Source: Thiolinea sp.
GTDB taxonomy: Bacteria; Pseudomonadota; Gammaproteobacteria; Thiotrichales; Thiotrichaceae
DNA: 64,000 nt
Assembly (NCBI GenBank): GCA_049290875.1
Contig: JBATOI010000013.1
Coordinates: 47,159 to 111,158, forward strand
Direction: 5' to 3'
Program-made: the position numbers and the translations under genes
Shown: piece by piece, positions 55,201-64,000 of the stretch
Numbering within the stretch: the stretch's first letter is position 1
Layout of the letters: every line of letters begins with the position of its first letter
The notes under the pieces: generated by a model
Database searches by the model: none
The model's input: the letters and a program-made list of their open reading frames with translations, nothing else
What the model was told of the DNA's origin: nothing

Positions 55201-57159
55201 ATGATCGCACCCACCTTTTTTCACGACATCTACCTACTAGCCGCAGGTCATCACTTACCCGGTGAGCCGATTAATAATGACCAAATCGACGCTTATGTTG
55301 CACCGCTTGATCAAAATTCGCGGCGCATCAAACAACGTGTGTTAGGCGAAAATGGCATTCAAACTCGCTATTACGCGCTGGATTGTGAAGGTAAAACCAC
55401 GCTTAGCCACACCGATTTAGCCTGCCAATCCATTCAAGCCTGCTTGCAGCAAGCGCAGGTCAATTTGCATGAAATAGATGTCTTGACTGCCGCGACGTCG
55501 GGGGGCGATGTGAGCATTCCGGGGGTGGCGAATATGATTCAGGGCGCTTTGCACGCGCCGCCGATGGAGGTACATAGCCATCAGGGGGTGTGTGCATCGA
55601 GTGTGTTGGCGTTGAAAGATGCCGCGCAATCCTTGAGCCAAAACCCTGAGCAGCGGATGGCAGTGGTGGTTGCGGCGGAAATGCCGTCGCGGATTTTTAA
55701 GCGTTCGCGTTTTGCTAGCCAAACTCAGGTGGATTTCGAGTCGCATTTTTTGCGCTGGATGTTATCGGATGGTGCGGGCGCGGTGTTGCTGGCTAAAGGT
55801 GCACAAGTCTTAACTCATGTAGCACAAACTGCTTTAGCCCAACGCGGTTTAGCCTTAAAACTCAATTGGATACATGCGAAATCCTTTTCCGGCGATTATC
55901 CGGTGTGTATGCAATTAGGGCAGGGCAGTCATCGCGCTAAAGAGCAGCATGCGAGTAATGATTATAGCGCACAGGCTTCGTATTTGGATTTTCCTTCAGT
56001 CGCTGAGGCTGAAGCGGCAGGGCATTTTGCTTTACGTCAGAATTTGCGTTTATTACCGAATTTATTTGAAGTAGCGGTGCATGAATATGCGGGCTTAGTG
56101 CAAGGTGGCTGGGTGACGCCTGCTGAAGTGGCTGTGTTTTTGTGCCATTACTCTTCCGAGGCTTTGGGTAAAACTTGTGAAAACATGATGGAGCAAGCAG
56201 GGTTAGGAATTGCGCGTGACAAGTGGTTTAGTAATCTGAAAACTTGCGGCAATACCGGAGCGGCGTCGATTTTCATTATGCTATCGGAATGGTTAGCCAC
56301 GCAAACGCCAAAAGCGGGGCAAAAAATCTTTGCCTTTGTGCCGGAATCGGGGCGTTTTACCGTGAGTTACTTCCTGTTGGAAGTGGTTGAGTTAGCGACG
56401 ATTCAAACTCAAGTTCCTAACACTCCAACTACTTCTGCTTCCATTGCTAAGCAAGCTTTTCCACAGCCACCCGCCAATTTCCAAACGGGCATGAATCAGC
56501 AAGTACAAGCCACTTTATTAGAATTAGCTGAGATTTGGCACGGTTTCCGCTCGCAAATCTGGCGCACACCGTTGGTGGAAAAGATCAATGCAGGGCAGCT
56601 CACCCAACACGATTATGTGACGTGGATGGCGCAATGGATTCCGCAGGTGCGCGAGGGCAGTTTGTGGATGCGTGAGGCGGTAGCGCACTTGGATGAGCCG
56701 TATCAAGTGTTGGCGGAGCTGATTACCGAGCATGCCAATGACGAGCAATTTGATTTCAATATCCTGTTTGAAGACTACCAAGCGGCGGGCGGCAAGGCAC
56801 AAAACATGCGTGAGTTGCAGCGCAATGCAGGCGGCGAGGCACTGAATAGTTATATGTATCGCAAAGCCAAAACACCGAATCCATTTGGTTTATTGGGCGG
56901 GATTTATATTATCGAAGGCACAGGCCAGCGCATTGTGCCCTGGCTATTACCTTTGGTAAACCAGCAACTTAATCTGCCGGAACGCTGCTATCGCTTCTTA
57001 AAATATCATGGCGAAAACGATGAGCATCACTTGGAACATTGGTTGATGGCGTTGCAATTTGTGCTGGAGATCGGCGGCGAAGCAGCGCGGCGTGATATTG
57101 TGCGCACTGCCCGCGATGTAGCGAGTTTATATCAGTTACAAATGGAGCATATTCTGTGA
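55201..57159 (+). CDS. fusion protein: KASIII/FabH-like condensing enzyme plus haem-oxygenase-like di-iron (HDO / iron-containing redox enzyme) domain
   Basis: The N-terminal about 390 aa carry a Cys-His-Asn triad context (GVCASSV, FLCHYSSE, CGNTGAAS). The C-terminal about 240 aa carry ITEHANDEQFDF and FLKYHGENDEHHLEHW, carboxylate/His helices typical of the haem-oxygenase-like fold. Confidence 0.75.
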   Translation: MIAPTFFHDIYLLAAGHHLPGEPINNDQIDAYVAPLDQNSRRIKQRVLGENGIQTRYYALDCEGKTTLSHTDLACQSIQACLQQAQVNLHEIDVLTAATSGGDVSIPGVANMIQGALHAPPMEVHSHQGVCASSVLALKDAAQSLSQNPEQRMAVVVAAEMPSRIFKRSRFASQTQVDFESHFLRWMLSDGAGAVLLAKGAQVLTHVAQTALAQRGLALKLNWIHAKSFSGDYPVCMQLGQGSHRAKEQHASNDYSAQASYLDFPSVAEAEAAGHFALRQNLRLLPNLFEVAVHEYAGLVQGGWVTPAEVAVFLCHYSSEALGKTCENMMEQAGLGIARDKWFSNLKTCGNTGAASIFIMLSEWLATQTPKAGQKIFAFVPESGRFTVSYFLLEVVELATIQTQVPNTPTTSASIAKQAFPQPPANFQTGMNQQVQATLLELAEIWHGFRSQIWRTPLVEKINAGQLTQHDYVTWMAQWIPQVREGSLWMREAVAHLDEPYQVLAELITEHANDEQFDFNILFEDYQAAGGKAQNMRELQRNAGGEALNSYMYRKAKTPNPFGLLGGIYIIEGTGQRIVPWLLPLVNQQLNLPERCYRFLKYHGENDEHHLEHWLMALQFVLEIGGEAARRDIVRTARDVASLYQLQMEHIL

Positions 57160-58058
57160 GCATGCCTGACTGGTCAAAATGGCAGGATAATCCTGACGAT
57201 CCGAATCCTTGGTACACCTTGTATATGGATAGCGTCACGCCACTATCGCCTGAAGTTAAACAAGCGTGGCTGATTGATAGCAGCCGCAAAAGCCGCCAAT
57301 ATTTACTGCCAATTGTGCGCCCTTTAGCACGCTTGACGATTATTTTGAATCAGGTCATTAAAAGCGTTTTGCCGAGTTGGCGACAATCTGCAGTTTTGCA
57401 TAAAACCATTGTTTGGGGCTTGAAAAACTTCGTTAGCCCCGAAGCCAATATGTTTATTTTGCGCCATTTCACTTTAGGCAGTGAGATTCAACGCTTTATT
57501 CTGGATAATTTACCTGGTATTGAGATTCCGCCGCTGCACTCTATGCGTTTCCATATTTTAGACGATTTAAAAGATGATGCATTTTTAAAGCATGATTTGA
57601 ATTTATTTAATTTTATTACTAGTTTAAACCTTGCACTGCAAGCGCAAGACCGAGAGTTAATTGCACCGGAAATACTTAATTTCTCTGCGATTACTGATGG
57701 CGAGTTGCCGATTCGTGATATTCCAACCGGCAAATGGAATAAGCTGGATATTCAAACTGCGATTGAGTTGTATACACCTGTGTTTCAATTTTTCTTGAGC
57801 GATAATGACTTCTGGCGCTCGGTCAATTCACTGCAACTCGATGAAACGATTGCCATGTATGTGGGGAAAATTATAAATGATCCATTGCCTTTGATACTGG
57901 TGAATAACCGCCATCCACTAGTGCCACATTCGACTTTGAAAGCGGGATTTCGTTTGGTATTGCATGGTTTGGGCACGGAAATGCTGCATCAGTATTTGGT
58001 GATTTTGAAGCGGAAACAGGCTGAAGGATTGAAGCTGGAAGCACAGAAAATGGATTAG
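57156..58058 (+). CDS. 300-aa hypothetical protein translationally coupled to the KASIII::HDO gene
   Basis: GTG at 57156 overlaps the upstream TGA (GTGA) and has GGAG 8 nt upstream. An alternative ATG lies at 57162. No family recognised. Confidence 0.55.
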   Translation: MSMPDWSKWQDNPDDPNPWYTLYMDSVTPLSPEVKQAWLIDSSRKSRQYLLPIVRPLARLTIILNQVIKSVLPSWRQSAVLHKTIVWGLKNFVSPEANMFILRHFTLGSEIQRFILDNLPGIEIPPLHSMRFHILDDLKDDAFLKHDLNLFNFITSLNLALQAQDRELIAPEILNFSAITDGELPIRDIPTGKWNKLDIQTAIELYTPVFQFFLSDNDFWRSVNSLQLDETIAMYVGKIINDPLPLILVNNRHPLVPHSTLKAGFRLVLHGLGTEMLHQYLVILKRKQAEGLKLEAQKMD

Positions 58059-58239
58059 CCACCACTTTTACATAAGCACAAAGCTCTGGGTAAAACGCTG
58101 AAAGTCTTTAGTCTGAGTAGACTAAATGGAGATGGGCAAGCCAATTCATCAGGGGGGGGACTTCTATCTCTTTAGGAACATACAGCTTAGACCCACTGCC
58201 CAGTATGCTGGAAATTAGCTAATCGGCTAGGAGCTAGCG

Positions 58240-58581
58240 ATGCAAGCAAACATTACACAAAATTCCATCCCCCGCGATAACGAAGGTTATCTGCTCAATC
58301 CCGACGATTGGTCAGAAGAGTTAGCCGAAGTTTTAGCGGTTGAAGCTGAATTCAATTTAGTCGGTGAGCAGCGCGAAATTGTCTGGTTTGTGCGTGAATA
58401 TTTTGAATTACATGCCAGTGTGCCGGAAGCGCGTAAAGTATTGAAATTTATGAAAGAACAATGGGGCGCAGAGAAGGCAACTCGTAAATATCTGTATAAA
58501 CTCTTTCCCAGAGGCTATGCGCAGCAAGCTTGTAAGGTAGCAGGGATGCGCAAACCTTTAAAGTTAATGCTGGATTTATAA
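58240..58581 (+). CDS. DsrC/TusE-family protein lacking the C-terminal active Cys
   Basis: Aligns with TusE/DsrC along its length (GYL..P..WSEELA, YLYKLFPRG.AQQACKVAG). It ends ...RKPLKLMLDL instead of ...PKP.xC(V/I). Confidence 0.85.
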   Translation: MQANITQNSIPRDNEGYLLNPDDWSEELAEVLAVEAEFNLVGEQREIVWFVREYFELHASVPEARKVLKFMKEQWGAEKATRKYLYKLFPRGYAQQACKVAGMRKPLKLMLDL

Positions 58582-58696
58582 ATTATTTCCAGTGCTGCCT
58601 TTTTAGCAAGAGGAATTGCACCCTGCTTAAAAAACAGCTACTATAAAATAAACTTATAAATCGTCATTTCATAATTATTACACAAAGGGCTAGCAA

Positions 58697-59356
58697 ATGA
58701 CTCCATTTGGATCTTATCCAGAAGTTAATCCGGGCTGGGTAGATAATACAGTGCGCGGTTCGGAAACTACACCATCATTAAATTCACCAACAAACACCGA
58801 CCATCATGAGCTGGAAACAGCAGCACCTGTGCAAGAAATACCTTTGCCTGAAGATGAGCTGCAACTACTCAAGCGTTTGGGTTATTCCTATCAAGTGCTA
58901 GCTTCGTCGATTGCGCGTGCGAAACAAGCTCAGCAAGAGTTGCGTGGCAAACTCAACACTTATAAAGCTTCTATTGATACACGCCAAAAAGAATTGCAGG
59001 CTGTGTTAGCGCAATTAGCAGAGTATCAAGAAAATCCTAGTGCTATTCCTGCGAATGAAATGGAAATTGCTGAAGAGTTTGCACAGTTAAAGAAAATTCT
59101 CAAAGGTTCGCATCATGAGTCGTTGTTGGCTAAGTTGAATAAAATGCAAGCGTCTGTTGATATAGACCGGCAAAACCTACCCGAGCTTCTGAAAGCCATG
59201 CGTAGCGAGTTGGACTTGGTAATTTTACAAGCGCTGCGTTTAACTGCTTTAGAAAACCTAAACGAAGCGTATAAAAAGTATCGGCAGTTCCAAGAGTATA
59301 ACTCACGCGCTGAGCAGGAATTTCAGTCTTTAGTGAATGCGTTTACTTTGAGCTAA
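58697..59356 (+). CDS. coiled-coil hypothetical protein
   Basis: 219-aa ORF, E/K/Q/L-rich heptad-like sequence. No family recognised. Confidence 0.5.
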   Translation: MTPFGSYPEVNPGWVDNTVRGSETTPSLNSPTNTDHHELETAAPVQEIPLPEDELQLLKRLGYSYQVLASSIARAKQAQQELRGKLNTYKASIDTRQKELQAVLAQLAEYQENPSAIPANEMEIAEEFAQLKKILKGSHHESLLAKLNKMQASVDIDRQNLPELLKAMRSELDLVILQALRLTALENLNEAYKKYRQFQEYNSRAEQEFQSLVNAFTLS

Positions 59357-59364
59357 AGCTTGAG

Positions 59365-59399
59365 TGAAGCGCAGCCCAAGATGGCTTGGTTGCGCTTCA
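59365..59399. terminator. hairpin between convergent genes (possible bidirectional terminator)
   Basis: TGAAGCGCA (59365-59373) / TGCGCTTCA (59391-59399) with an inner CCAAG/CTTGG stem. There is no clear U-run. Confidence 0.45.
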
Positions 59400-59411
59400 A
59401 CTTAATGGCTG

Positions 59412-60587
59412 CTATGCAGTGTTTTTTGCTAAACGCCATTTTAAGATTAAATAGCCAATCACTGCTGACAGTATCGAGCCGACTAAAATACCCAAACGGT
59501 CATTAGTCACTAAAGCTTGCCCTTCTTGCTCAAAAGCCAAAGAGCTAATAAATAAGCTCATGGTGAAGCCAATACCCCCTAAAATCGCTACTCCATAAAG
59601 CTCCCACCAGCCTACATCGGTAGGTAGTTTAGCTATGTTGAGTTTAATCGCTAGCCAGCAAGCGCCAAAAATACCCATCTGTTTACCGATAAATAAACCT
59701 GCCGCGATGCCTAACGGGATAGGCTCAAGCAGCGAGTTTAAGGATAAGCCGGTTAAAGACACACCGGTATTCATAAAGGCAAACAGTGGCAAAATTACAT
59801 AAGCTACTGAGCCATGCAAATCGTGCTCTAAACCTTCGGCAACCGTGTGATCATGGCCTTCTGGAGCCCGTAAAGGAATAAAGAAGGCTAGCAAAACCCC
59901 CGCTAAGGTAGCGTGTACACCCGATTTCAGCACCGCTATCCACATGACTAAACCGACCAATAGATAGGGGGTAAGTGAGAGAACGCCACGCCGATTGAAG
60001 ATAAATAAAATGACTAAAGCTATCGCAGCGACGCTTAAGGATAAGGCTGAAAGTTTGGTGGTATAAAACACTGCAATAATGACAATCGCACCAAGGTCAT
60101 CAACAATAGCTAGAGTGAGTAGAAATAGCTTTAAACTAGTCGGCACACGTTTGCCTAACAAGGACAAAACGCCTAAAGCGAATGCGATGTCGGTCGCGGT
60201 AGGAATTGCCCAACCTCGCATCGCTTGCGGGTCTTGGTAGTTAACCAAACTATAAACTAAGGCGGGCGCTGCCATACCCCCTAAAGCGGCAATCACAGGT
60301 AGAGCAGCTTTGGAGCGGTCGTTTAATTCACCTTGTAAAACTTCGCGTTTAATTTCCAAACCTACGGTCAGAAAGAATAGAGCCATCAGGCCATCATTCA
60401 CCCACAGTAATAAGGGCTTGGCAATTTCTAAAGCACCAATTTGAACTGCAACAGGGGTATTGAGTAACAGCTCATACCAAGCTTGCAATGGTGAGTTAAC
60501 TACAAGCATGGCTAAAATTGCAGCGATTACTAAAAGAATACCGCTAGCTGACTCTAAAGCTAAAAAGCGTTGAATTTTTTCTTTCAT
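59412..60587 (-). CDS. nhaA: Na+/H+ antiporter NhaA
   Basis: 391 aa. NhaA hallmarks (LAIVDDLGAI with the DD pair, about 12 TM segments). Confidence 0.93.
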   Translation of the reverse strand: MKEKIQRFLALESASGILLVIAAILAMLVVNSPLQAWYELLLNTPVAVQIGALEIAKPLLLWVNDGLMALFFLTVGLEIKREVLQGELNDRSKAALPVIAALGGMAAPALVYSLVNYQDPQAMRGWAIPTATDIAFALGVLSLLGKRVPTSLKLFLLTLAIVDDLGAIVIIAVFYTTKLSALSLSVAAIALVILFIFNRRGVLSLTPYLLVGLVMWIAVLKSGVHATLAGVLLAFFIPLRAPEGHDHTVAEGLEHDLHGSVAYVILPLFAFMNTGVSLTGLSLNSLLEPIPLGIAAGLFIGKQMGIFGACWLAIKLNIAKLPTDVGWWELYGVAILGGIGFTMSLFISSLAFEQEGQALVTNDRLGILVGSILSAVIGYLILKWRLAKNTA

Positions 60588-60830
60588 CGTTATTTATTGC
60601 TTAATCATTGATCTGAGTAGTCAGTATCATAGCAATCCTGCTCAGCAAGCAATATTAACCATGTAAGCGGTGATTTTAAGCATTAGTCCATTACAAATAA
60701 AATAAATTTATCAGTAATTGTTGTTTTTTTGTTCATGTCTTAGTCGGTTTTCGCTTGAGTAGAGTACTTTAATGATCTAGGCTTATAAGCTGATTTTTTC
60801 TTTAATCAGTCGTCTTGCGAGGAGACCATA

Positions 60831-63800
60831 ATGAAAAATCAACTATGCCTGCGCTTAAATACTGCTCAAATTGCTAAAACCATGAGGTACTGGCTAATTG
60901 GTTTAGTCGTATGGTTTTTCAGTTCGGTCGCTTGGGCAGGTACAGCTTGCAAAGTTGATTACACGATTCCTAATCAATGGGGAAATGGTTTCTCCGCGAA
61001 TGTGAGCCTGACCAATACTGGAGAGGCTTGGTCTAGCTGGACGGTTACTTGGGATATGCCTAATGGGCAAAAAATCACTGGCCTGTGGAATGGGAACTCT
61101 ACCCAAACAGGTGCAGCCGTCATGGTTAAAAATGCGAGTTGGAATGCCAATGTTGGCAGTAACGCGACAGTACAATTCGGTTTTAATGGCTCGCATACCG
61201 GAACGAATCAAAAGCCTAGCAATATCGCTGTCAATGGTGTGCTTTGTGAGGGTAATCCACCGCCTCCTAAACCTGCGGTCGTGGCTTGTGAAGTCAAATA
61301 TGCCATTGTCACTGAATGGGACACGGGCTATACCGGTGATGTAGCGATTAAAAATACGGGTGATGCCCTGAGTGCTTGGACCGTCGCTTGGGATATGCCA
61401 GATGCTCAACAACTCACGGGTATGTGGAATGGGGTTTATAAACAGACCAGCAGTCATGTCGATGTAACACATGCAGGTTGGAATCAGCTCATAGCCGCAG
61501 GCGGCATGCTTCAATTCGGTTTTAATGCTAACCACAGTGGACTCAATCGCATCCCCGGAAATATCAGTGTCAATGGGGTGAAATGTACGGGGCAGATAGA
61601 TCCACCTGTGCCACCCCCCCCTGCCTGTGAAGTGAAATATCAAATTCAAACCCAATGGGAGACTGGTTTTACAGGAACAGTCGATATTAAAAATACAGGT
61701 GCTCCGTGGAGTGGCTGGCAAACGACATGGACGATGCCAACGGGTCAGAAATTAACAGAGGGTTGGAATGGTCAATTCAATCAAGCATCGGATAAGGTCA
61801 CGGTTGGGCATTTAGAAAGTAATAAAGTCGTCCGTCAAAACAGTAGTATTTCGTTTGGTTTTAATGCTTCACACACGGGCTTAAATATTGCTCCGATTGA
61901 TCTAGCCGTGAATGGGACACGTTGCAGTGGTCAGGCTGATACATTGCAATTACCACCGAGTACACCTACGCAATTAACCTTAAGCCTAATCGAAAATAAT
62001 GATGCGGATCTGAGCTGGCAAGATAGCAGTGACAACGAAGATTCGTTTGTACTAGAGCGCCGTCAAGCGGGTGGGAGCTGGGCGGTTTTAGCCACTTTAG
62101 CGGCGAATACCGTTAATTATCAAGACAAGACCTTAGCTGTCGGTATCACGTATGAATATCGCTTAAAAGCGGTTAATGTTTCAGGTGCATCAACTTATAC
62201 CGATATTCTATTAGCCAAACGCCAAGATCGTACTGATATTCAAGCAGCGATCTTAGTGAATAATTGTGCGGCCTGTCATGGTACCGATGGCTATAGCTCT
62301 GGGCCAGGTACGCCTTCGATTGCAGGCTTAAGTAAAAGTTATCTGGTTCGTACTATGAAGGCGTATCGCACGGGTGAGCGGGCTTCGAGTGTCATGAATA
62401 GGATTGCTAAAGGCTATACCGATACTCAAATTGAGCGCATGGCTGATTATCTGGCCGCTCTACCATTTAAAGCTGCCTCACAAACCACCGATCAAGCCTT
62501 AGTCAATCGTGGAAAAGCAGTCCACGAGAGTAACTGTGCTTTCTGCCATGTGGGCACAGGTCATGATATGAGCTTGACAGGTACACGCCTTGATGGGCAG
62601 TGGGCTGGTTACTTACACGCTACGCTTGAAGATTACTATCAAGGGCGTAGTAGCAATATTCCTACCGAAATGGCACATCAAATGAGCAATTTAAAACCAC
62701 TGTTTGGTGAGGATGTGTTAGTAGCCTTGGCTCAATATTATGCGGCGGATGCCACTGCGAAAGCAGGTGGGGCTATAGATGATGATAATGGTGGCGGCGG
62801 TGATGATGGTGGCAATTCAAGTACTACACCTGCTGCACCAACGACCTTGACGGCAACAGCGGTTGATAATAGTAAAGTCAATTTAGCGTGGAAAGATACT
62901 AGTAACAATGAAACGGGTTTCCGTATTGAGCGCCGCTCAACCGGAGCGACGGAGAATGATTGGGTTGGTATCACGGATGTAGCGAGCAATACCCAAGCTT
63001 ATACGGATACGACGGTGGCGATGGGCATGGCTTATGACTATCGGGTAGCTGCTTTTAATACTGTTGGCAGTACGGCGAGCACAGCAGTAACAGTGACCTT
63101 ACAAACCGCTCTGCAATATGGTCAAAGCCAATACCAGCGCCAAGGTTGTGCGAGTTGCCACGGTGCGGATGGCAAGGGCGGTTTCACTAAAGTGGATCTA
63201 ACTAAATATACCTCGGCAGATTTGTTGAATTTAACCAAAGTGATTCATGACACGATGCCACCCGGCAATCCCGGTGCCTGCACGGATAGCTGTGCTGCTG
63301 CTATTGCGAGCTATATCACCGAAGTTTTAGTTCCGAATGCCAATGGTGGCGGTGGGAATGATACTCAAGCTTGTGTTGGTTCACCACCCGCAGGCGTGCG
63401 CAATTTGAGATTGCTAACCCGCCAAGAATACCAAAACACGGTGAATGATTTGCTGGGTTTGCAGCTGGATTTGTTGCATAAATTACCTGAAGAAAATCGG
63501 GTCGATGGGTTTGATAATAATGTGGCTCAGAACCAGATTACCAGTCTGCGGATGGAGGCTTTTCTGACTCAAGCTGAGCAATTAGCCTCTCAAGCGGTCT
63601 TGCAAACTTGGAGTAATTTAGTGCCCTGTGGCCAACAAGATGCAGCCTGTGGACGGCAATTCATTCAAAGTTTTGGTAAGCGTGCTTTCCGGCGACCGTT
63701 GACGACGACTGAGGTAGAGAGTTTTGCGCTGAATTTCAGTGGTGTAGCTTTCAAAGATGCGGTAGAAAAAACTATCATGAGCATGCTGATGTCACCGCAT

Positions 63801-64000
63801 TTCCTCTACCGTTCTGAGCTAGGCGAGTTACAAGCCGACGGTAGTTATAAACTCACGCCTTATGAAGTGGCGAGCAGTTTATCTTATTTGTTCTGGGGCA
63901 GTATGCCCGATGCAGAACTAATGACAGCGGCTGATCAGAACGCGCTGGATACTGCTCAACAACGCATTACACAAGCCTCGCGTCTACTAGCATCAAGCCG
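60831..64000 (+). CDS. secreted multidomain protein, 3'-truncated by the window edge: signal peptide, 3x CBM2, FN3, di-haem cytochrome c4-like, FN3, cytochrome c, DUF1587/DUF1595/DUF1592
   Basis: My own translation from ATG 60831 (GAGGAGA RBS) stays open to base 64000. It is not in the supplied ORF track. CBM2 modules run Cys-to-Cys at 60948-61247, 61287-61586 and 61626-61925. CxxCH motifs at 62265-62279, 62535-62549 and 63147-63161. Later motifs are RLLTRQEYQNTVNDLLG, FIQSFGKRAFRRPLT and MLMSPHFLYRSE. Confidence 0.85.
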   Translation, partial: MKNQLCLRLNTAQIAKTMRYWLIGLVVWFFSSVAWAGTACKVDYTIPNQWGNGFSANVSLTNTGEAWSSWTVTWDMPNGQKITGLWNGNSTQTGAAVMVKNASWNANVGSNATVQFGFNGSHTGTNQKPSNIAVNGVLCEGNPPPPKPAVVACEVKYAIVTEWDTGYTGDVAIKNTGDALSAWTVAWDMPDAQQLTGMWNGVYKQTSSHVDVTHAGWNQLIAAGGMLQFGFNANHSGLNRIPGNISVNGVKCTGQIDPPVPPPPACEVKYQIQTQWETGFTGTVDIKNTGAPWSGWQTTWTMPTGQKLTEGWNGQFNQASDKVTVGHLESNKVVRQNSSISFGFNASHTGLNIAPIDLAVNGTRCSGQADTLQLPPSTPTQLTLSLIENNDADLSWQDSSDNEDSFVLERRQAGGSWAVLATLAANTVNYQDKTLAVGITYEYRLKAVNVSGASTYTDILLAKRQDRTDIQAAILVNNCAACHGTDGYSSGPGTPSIAGLSKSYLVRTMKAYRTGERASSVMNRIAKGYTDTQIERMADYLAALPFKAASQTTDQALVNRGKAVHESNCAFCHVGTGHDMSLTGTRLDGQWAGYLHATLEDYYQGRSSNIPTEMAHQMSNLKPLFGEDVLVALAQYYAADATAKAGGAIDDDNGGGGDDGGNSSTTPAAPTTLTATAVDNSKVNLAWKDTSNNETGFRIERRSTGATENDWVGITDVASNTQAYTDTTVAMGMAYDYRVAAFNTVGSTASTAVTVTLQTALQYGQSQYQRQGCASCHGADGKGGFTKVDLTKYTSADLLNLTKVIHDTMPPGNPGACTDSCAAAIASYITEVLVPNANGGGGNDTQACVGSPPAGVRNLRLLTRQEYQNTVNDLLGLQLDLLHKLPEENRVDGFDNNVAQNQITSLRMEAFLTQAEQLASQAVLQTWSNLVPCGQQDAACGRQFIQSFGKRAFRRPLTTTEVESFALNFSGVAFKDAVEKTIMSMLMSPHFLYRSELGELQADGSYKLTPYEVASSLSYLFWGSMPDAELMTAADQNALDTAQQRITQASRLLASS

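Noticed and set aside
60903-61721. 272-aa minus-strand ORF (the only long ORF the track shows here)
   Set aside because: It is antisense to the three CBM2 modules of the open + strand frame. Its Cys/Arg/Ile/Thr-rich sequence has no domain signature, whereas the + frame has a signal peptide, RBS and textbook CBM2 motifs.

Overview
64-kb chromosomal segment, most consistent with a gammaproteobacterium: carB-greA synteny, and hand-sampled GC in the low to mid 40s % outside one island. No rRNA, bona fide tRNA, CRISPR array, cas gene, transposase or integrase was seen. Content in order:
- carB (5'-truncated by the window edge) and greA.
- A ~9.5-kb minus-strand iron block with Fur-box-like operators: fbpABC Fe3+ ABC importer, a DUF1513/imelysin/di-haem DUF1111/imelysin quartet, hemP and bfd. 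It faces two complementary bacterioferritin genes.
- An esterase and ychJ.
- Alanine catabolism dadA-ridA-dadX, with lrp and an AapJQMP-type amino-acid ABC importer.
- DUF1289, an intradiol-dioxygenase-like protein, a HugZ-like protein and an AbrB-type membrane protein.
- A second four-gene ABC importer.
- An orphan rtcB RNA-ligase locus with structured non-coding flanks and two unknown downstream genes.
- ugd, a lipoprotein, a ricin-type lectin, a LOG protein and an SBBP beta-propeller protein.
- Sarcosine oxidase soxBDAG.
- A GC-rich ~8-kb island carrying a type I R-M operon (SHOCT gene-hsdR-hsdM-DUF559-hsdS) peppered with REP-like palindromes.
- A KASIII::haem-oxygenase-like di-iron fusion gene with a translationally coupled unknown partner.
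- A DsrC/TusE-like protein, a coiled-coil protein and nhaA.
- A >1050-aa secreted 3xCBM2-FN3-cytochrome c-DUF1587/1595/1592 protein that runs off the 3' edge and is missing from the supplied ORF track.
The best candidates for something undescribed are the rtcB module (33.0-35.7 kb) and the KASIII::HDO pair (55.2-58.1 kb).
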